Shown: positions 59,771 to 64,000 of the stretch, piece after piece
Layout: every line of letters begins with the position of its first letter
Numbering within the stretch: the first letter of the stretch is position 1
Assembly (NCBI GenBank): GCA_030037775.1
Contig: JASHQB010000182.1
Span: 3,439 to 67,438 of the forward strand
Reading direction: 5' to 3'
Source: Candidatus Acidiferrales bacterium
GTDB taxonomy: Bacteria > Acidobacteriota > Terriglobia > Acidiferrales > UBA7541
DNA length: 64,000 nt
The notes under the pieces: model-generated
Seen by the model: the letters and a program-made list of their open reading frames with translations, nothing else
Told to the model about the DNA's origin: nothing
Databases searched by the model: none
Translations under genes and position numbers: made by a program

Positions 59771-61011
59771 GGATGCCACCCCAGCACAACGAAAATGCTG
59801 GTTCCCACCAGGTTGATCAGCGAAAGCGGCAGCAGGAACTTCCAACCAAAGGACATCAGCTGATCATAGCGAAAGCGGGGCAGTGTTCCGCGTGCCCACA
59901 CATAGAAAAACAACAACAGGAAAACTTTGCTAATGAACCAGAACGGGCCTTGCACGGCTTTCGCGACGGGGTGAGTCGCGCCGTGAAGTGTGCAAAGATA
60001 GCCGACGCCGATGCACACCAAACCGAGCACAGGAAAAACGGCCTTGGCGTTCCACTGCACGCTGCGCAGCCCGCCAACGATGAGTGCGAGCCCACCGATA
60101 ATCAGCCCCGCTCCAGGCAAGTAAAGCTGCCAGCTCCATCGGTCCGGAAAGGGAGAGAGCCAGCCGCCGAGGAAGAGCAGTGTCGCGAGGCACGACACCG
60201 TGATCATGTTCCCGTACTCCGCCATAAAAAACATGGCGAACTTGAAGCTCGAATACTCGGTGTGGAAGCCGGCCACCAATTCCGTCTCCCCTTCGGGCAA
60301 ATCGAAGGGCACGCGGTTCGTTTCCGCGATCGCGGCCGTCAAATAGCAGATGAATCCGAGGAATTGCGGGAAAATCTCCCAGCTGGGTAAAAAGTGAAAC
60401 CAGTGCCCGGCCTGGTGGCCTACAATGTCGTAAAAATCAAAAGAGCCGGCGAGCAGCAGCACACCCACGACCGAAAGCGTCAGCGAGACTTCGTAACTGA
60501 TCATCTGTGCTGAACTGCGCAGTCCGCCCAGCAAGGGGTATTTGCTGTTCGAAGACCATCCCGCAAGCATCACGCCATAAACGCCGACCGAGGAGATTGC
60601 AAAGAGCAGAATCAGAGCGATGGGGCTGTGAGAAATCACCAGTTGTGTCGGCTGGCCGAGAATGCTTATGGTCGCAGGGCCGATGGGAACCAGCGCAAGT
60701 GTCGTCAGCGCCAGCGCGAGCGCCAAAAACGGCGCGAGCAGGTAGGCCACTTTATCCGCCGTCGGAGGCACCACGTCTTCTTTGAAAAGGAACTTGATGC
60801 CGTCGGCGAGCGGCTGCAATAGGCCGTGCGGGCCCACCCAATAAGGTCCCCAGCGCGACTGAATGCGCGCAACAACCTTCCGCTCGAACCAGGTGAGGTA
60901 GGCGAGCGCCGTCATCACGACAAACAGCGCGATGGCGATTTTAATTAACGATACCACCAGGACTGGATGCTGGGTGACGAACTCCACGGTCTTTCCTTGG
61001 ATTCCTTGCAT
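59767..61011 (-). CDS. nuoH: NADH-quinone oxidoreductase subunit H (with internal insertion)
   Basis: WFERKVVARIQSRWGPYWVGPHGLLQPLADGIKF, AETNRVPFDLPEGETELVAGFHTEYS, LPRFRYDQLMSFGWK. Alternative start GTG 60987 has an aaggaaag SD. Confidence 0.9.
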   Translation of the reverse strand: MQGIQGKTVEFVTQHPVLVVSLIKIAIALFVVMTALAYLTWFERKVVARIQSRWGPYWVGPHGLLQPLADGIKFLFKEDVVPPTADKVAYLLAPFLALALALTTLALVPIGPATISILGQPTQLVISHSPIALILLFAISSVGVYGVMLAGWSSNSKYPLLGGLRSSAQMISYEVSLTLSVVGVLLLAGSFDFYDIVGHQAGHWFHFLPSWEIFPQFLGFICYLTAAIAETNRVPFDLPEGETELVAGFHTEYSSFKFAMFFMAEYGNMITVSCLATLLFLGGWLSPFPDRWSWQLYLPGAGLIIGGLALIVGGLRSVQWNAKAVFPVLGLVCIGVGYLCTLHGATHPVAKAVQGPFWFISKVFLLLFFYVWARGTLPRFRYDQLMSFGWKFLLPLSLINLVGTSIFVVLGWHP

Positions 61012-63230
61012 GAATTCAGTTTGGAACAGTAGCGCCCCAGGGTCCCGCTCGAAAACAAAAAGTCTTGCGATGAAAAAATCGTCCCGGATTGTGCTTCTGA
61101 CGTGCCATTCGCATTCGCCGGCGCCGCCGGCACCTTTTCCGTTCCGCCGGTCAGCAATCCCGCCGCCGGGACGTCGTAGCCCCGAACATTCTGCCGGATT
61201 TCTTCGAGCACCGCTTCGGGCGTACGCTGCTTGATCGCCGTGCCCAGACCGAGCTGCGCCAGCTGGTGAATCAAAATGCGCAGCAGATCGAAATCACTGC
61301 GGGGGCCCTGCGCATCGACGGCGCGCCACACCATCTGAATTTCGCCGGCCGTGTTGGTCACCGTGCCGTCCTTTTCGTACGTCGACGCCGCGGGCAAAAT
61401 CACGTCCGCGCGCTGCGCCGTCTCCGTCAGGAACATATCTTGAACCACCAGTAGATCGACGCCTGCCAGTTTCTCCGGCGCAGTGATGTCAAACGTCTTG
61501 ATGGGATTTGCGCCGACCACGTAGAGAGCCTTCAACTTGCCATCGACCGCCGCCTGCATCATTTGTCGCGCGTTCATCCCCGCCGCGGTGGGAATCTCCT
61601 TGCCCCAAAGCTTGGTGAAGCGCGCCCGCTCGCTGGCGTCCGAGAGCGGCGAATAGCCCGGCAAACGGTCCGGGAGGATTCCCATATCGGCGGCGCCGCG
61701 CGAATTCGCGTAGTCGCCCAGGGCGACGTAGCGCGTCTGTCCTTGCAGCGATTTGCCAAATTTCACCAGGTCGCGCACCGCCGCGCCGTTCACGCCCGCG
61801 CCGAACAAAATCACCACGTCTTTTTCTTTCGACAGTGCGTCTTTCAGCTTGCCCAGCTCGCCGGCGGCGCTTCCCCCCAAATCGCCGCTACCCGTCGCAA
61901 GCCAGCTAACCGCGCGCCCCTCGGCGTCCGCCGGCACCTGCACGAACTGCTTCGCCTGGCGCTGCAGCTTCAGCGGACGGCCGTTGATGATGTACAGTCG
62001 CGCATCGTGATGCCGCACGGCTGTGCGAATCTGCCACGCCACCAGCGGATTCTGCTGCGTGGCATCGTTGCCAATCAGAAGGATGGCGCTCGCGTCATAG
62101 ATGTCCGCCATCGTCGCCATAGCCTCATCGGCTTTCGATCCCAGCGCTGAAGCCAGTCCGTTATAGTCTGCGGTGCGATGATGATCGATGTTGTTGGTGC
62201 CGAGCGTCACGCGCGCGAATCGGTTGAGCAGATAATTCTCTTCGTTTGTTGTGTGATTCGAACCAATCACACCGATAGCCGCCGGACCGTGCGCGTCATG
62301 CGCCTGCTTCAGCCGCCTGGAGATCTCTTCGATCGCGTCTTCCCAGCTCGCTGGCTGGAAAGCGCCGTTCCTGCGCACCAACGGCTGGCGAATGCGCTCC
62401 GCGTTCGCCGTGAAATCGTGTCCAAAGCGGCCCTTGGGGCAGAGAAATTCGCCATTGATGCCGCCATGGTCGCGATTGTTGGCGCGCAAAATCTCGTTGT
62501 TGCGCACCGAAAGCGTCGTCTTGCATCCATTGGAGCAGTGCGCGCACGCGGTACCGAAGTATTCCATCTCCCACGGGCGTGTTTGGTAGCGGTACGTGCC
62601 GCTGGTCAGCGCACCGACGGGGCAAATATCGATGCACATGCCGCACTCTTCGCACGCCAGCTGCCCCGAATCGTTGGGAATGATCACCGAAGTGACGCCC
62701 CGAGAAGCCACGCCCAAAGCCTTCACGTCCATGCCTTCATCACAAACGCGCACGCAGCGGAAGCACAAAATACATCGTGGCGCGTCGTAATAAACGGCGG
62801 GCGACCACTTTTCCTCGGGATAATGAAGCTTCTCTTCGGTATAGCGGCTGTAATCGATGCCGTAGGTGAAAGTCATGTCCTGCAGTTCGCACTCGCCGCC
62901 TTTGTCGCAAACCGGGCAGTCGAGCGGATGGTTTGTCAGGAGGAACTCCAACATGTCCTTGCGAGCTTTGTGGACTGGATCCGTATCGGCGTGAACCACC
63001 ATGCCGTCTTCCGCTACAAGCGTGCAGGCCGTGGTCAACTTACGCTGCTTTTCCACTTCCACCAGGCACATGCGGCAAGCGGCCTGCAGCGCGAGGCCGG
63101 GGTAGTAGCAGAACGAAGGAATTTCGATCCCCGCGCTCTTTGCGGCTTCGATCACCAGCGTGCCTTTCGGCACCGTGAGCTTCTGGCCGTTTAGCGTGAA
63201 CGTAATGGTTTGCGTTTGCGTCTCCGCCAT
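60945..63230 (-). CDS. nuoG: NADH-quinone oxidoreductase subunit G
   Basis: 761 aa. 2Fe-2S and 4Fe-4S Cys motifs (CRMCLVEV, HPLDCPVCDKGGECELQD, CILCFRCVRVC), then a molybdopterin-oxidoreductase-like domain. Confidence 0.92.
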   Translation of the reverse strand: MAETQTQTITFTLNGQKLTVPKGTLVIEAAKSAGIEIPSFCYYPGLALQAACRMCLVEVEKQRKLTTACTLVAEDGMVVHADTDPVHKARKDMLEFLLTNHPLDCPVCDKGGECELQDMTFTYGIDYSRYTEEKLHYPEEKWSPAVYYDAPRCILCFRCVRVCDEGMDVKALGVASRGVTSVIIPNDSGQLACEECGMCIDICPVGALTSGTYRYQTRPWEMEYFGTACAHCSNGCKTTLSVRNNEILRANNRDHGGINGEFLCPKGRFGHDFTANAERIRQPLVRRNGAFQPASWEDAIEEISRRLKQAHDAHGPAAIGVIGSNHTTNEENYLLNRFARVTLGTNNIDHHRTADYNGLASALGSKADEAMATMADIYDASAILLIGNDATQQNPLVAWQIRTAVRHHDARLYIINGRPLKLQRQAKQFVQVPADAEGRAVSWLATGSGDLGGSAAGELGKLKDALSKEKDVVILFGAGVNGAAVRDLVKFGKSLQGQTRYVALGDYANSRGAADMGILPDRLPGYSPLSDASERARFTKLWGKEIPTAAGMNARQMMQAAVDGKLKALYVVGANPIKTFDITAPEKLAGVDLLVVQDMFLTETAQRADVILPAASTYEKDGTVTNTAGEIQMVWRAVDAQGPRSDFDLLRILIHQLAQLGLGTAIKQRTPEAVLEEIRQNVRGYDVPAAGLLTGGTEKVPAAPANANGTSEAQSGTIFSSQDFLFSSGTLGRYCSKLNSCKESKERPWSSSPSIQSWWYR

Positions 63231-63252
63231 GATTCCCTTTTTCCGCCCGTTC

Positions 63253-64000
63253 CTATCGCGCCATCGGCAGCACTTCGGCCGCGTTGAGCGAACACTTGCC
63301 CTTCAAATGATCTTCAAATTCGTTGCGCCACTTGTGCACGATGCTCATCGTCGGCATCGCTGCCGCGTCCCCCAGCGCGCACATGGTTTTGCCAAGCATG
63401 TTTTCTGAAACTTCATCAATCAGCGGAATCTCCTCCGCGCGGCCATAGCCTTCGTGGAAGCGGTCGAGCAGCTTACGCAGCCATGCTGTGCCCTCTCTGC
63501 AGGGGATACACCAGCCGCAGGATTCGTGGGCGTAAAAATGCATGATGCGACGTGCGACATCGACCATGCAGGTGTCTTCGTCCATTACCACCAGGCCGCC
63601 CGAGCCCAGCATCGACCCGATCTTGGCCACTGAATCATAGTCCATCGCCACGTCGCATTCGTCGGCGCTCAGCAGCGGGCAGGAACTTCCTCCGGGGATC
63701 ACAGCCTTCAGTTTTCGGCCATTGGGAATTCCGCCGGCAACCTCAAAAATCATGCGATTCAGGTTGAATCCCATCGGCAGTTCATAAATCCCGGGCCGGT
63801 TGACGTGGCCGGAAATCGAATACAGGCGCGTTCCGCCGTTCTTCGGCGACCCGAGGCTCGAATACCAATCTCCACCCCTGCGAATAATCAGCGGCACAGT
63901 GGCAAGCGTCTCCGCGTTGTTCACAATTGTCGGGCATTGGTACAAACCCAGGACGGCAGGGAAGTAAGGAGGCTTGAAACGCGGATAACCGCGCTTGCCT
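63253..64000 (-). CDS. nuoF: NADH-quinone oxidoreductase subunit F (partial; 5' end beyond right edge)
   Basis: The reading frame stays open to position 64000 (GKRGYPRFKPPYFPAVLGLYQCPTIVNNAETLA...). N3 cluster motif HESCGWCIPCREG. Confidence 0.9.
   Translation of the reverse strand, partial: GKRGYPRFKPPYFPAVLGLYQCPTIVNNAETLATVPLIIRRGGDWYSSLGSPKNGGTRLYSISGHVNRPGIYELPMGFNLNRMIFEVAGGIPNGRKLKAVIPGGSSCPLLSADECDVAMDYDSVAKIGSMLGSGGLVVMDEDTCMVDVARRIMHFYAHESCGWCIPCREGTAWLRKLLDRFHEGYGRAEEIPLIDEVSENMLGKTMCALGDAAAMPTMSIVHKWRNEFEDHLKGKCSLNAAEVLPMAR

Noticed and set aside
60945-61011. 67-nt overlap between nuoG 3' end and nuoH 5' end as a frameshift or fusion signal
   Set aside because: This is most simply a start-codon call issue. 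In-frame GTG 60987 has an aaggaaag SD and shortens the overlap. Both proteins are otherwise intact.

Overview
High-GC (about 60%) bacterial chromosome segment. The gene content points to Acidobacteriota: a PadR regulator with tandem ADOP-type duplicated orphan FtsX/MacB-like permeases, and PEP-CTERM proteins. Most of the window is densely packed housekeeping. A long co-directional block holds proS, a DUF4845-like gene, a PBP1A gene, a TPR gene, nfeD, a stomatin gene, a SPOR gene, lnt, prfB (with its programmed +1 frameshift), metK and ahcY. Further along are tldD-pmbA, ugpQ-like, rsmA, glgA, trxA, purA, a Moco operon (moeA-moaC-RR-mogA), an F0 sub-operon (atpZ/I-like, atpB, atpE) and nuoF-G-H-J-K-L-M-N on the minus strand. 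The left third is more accessory: a secreted phosphoesterase, a multicopper oxidase divergent from a 30% His small protein plus PiT, tRNA-Leu(UAG), a Trm112-fused methyltransferase, and a tight 9.4-kb operon of padR, three ADOP permeases and a secreted two-repeat protein. That operon is the best candidate for an undescribed system. It has no ATPase. Each permease carries a conserved cytoplasmic helical prefix. A double palindromic operator abuts the padR SD. Two junctions are near-identical copies exactly 2,688 bp apart. The AT-richer terminal gene is bracketed by about 96-nt direct repeats of a permease 3' end. Other oddities are the absence of nuoI between nuoH and nuoJ, a roughly 70-aa two-helix insertion in NuoH, a signal-peptide-like extension on ATP synthase subunit c, and a DUF4388 response regulator translationally coupled inside the Moco operon. 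I saw no CRISPR array, rRNA, IS element or integrase. Many long antisense ORFs in the track are GC-driven shadows.
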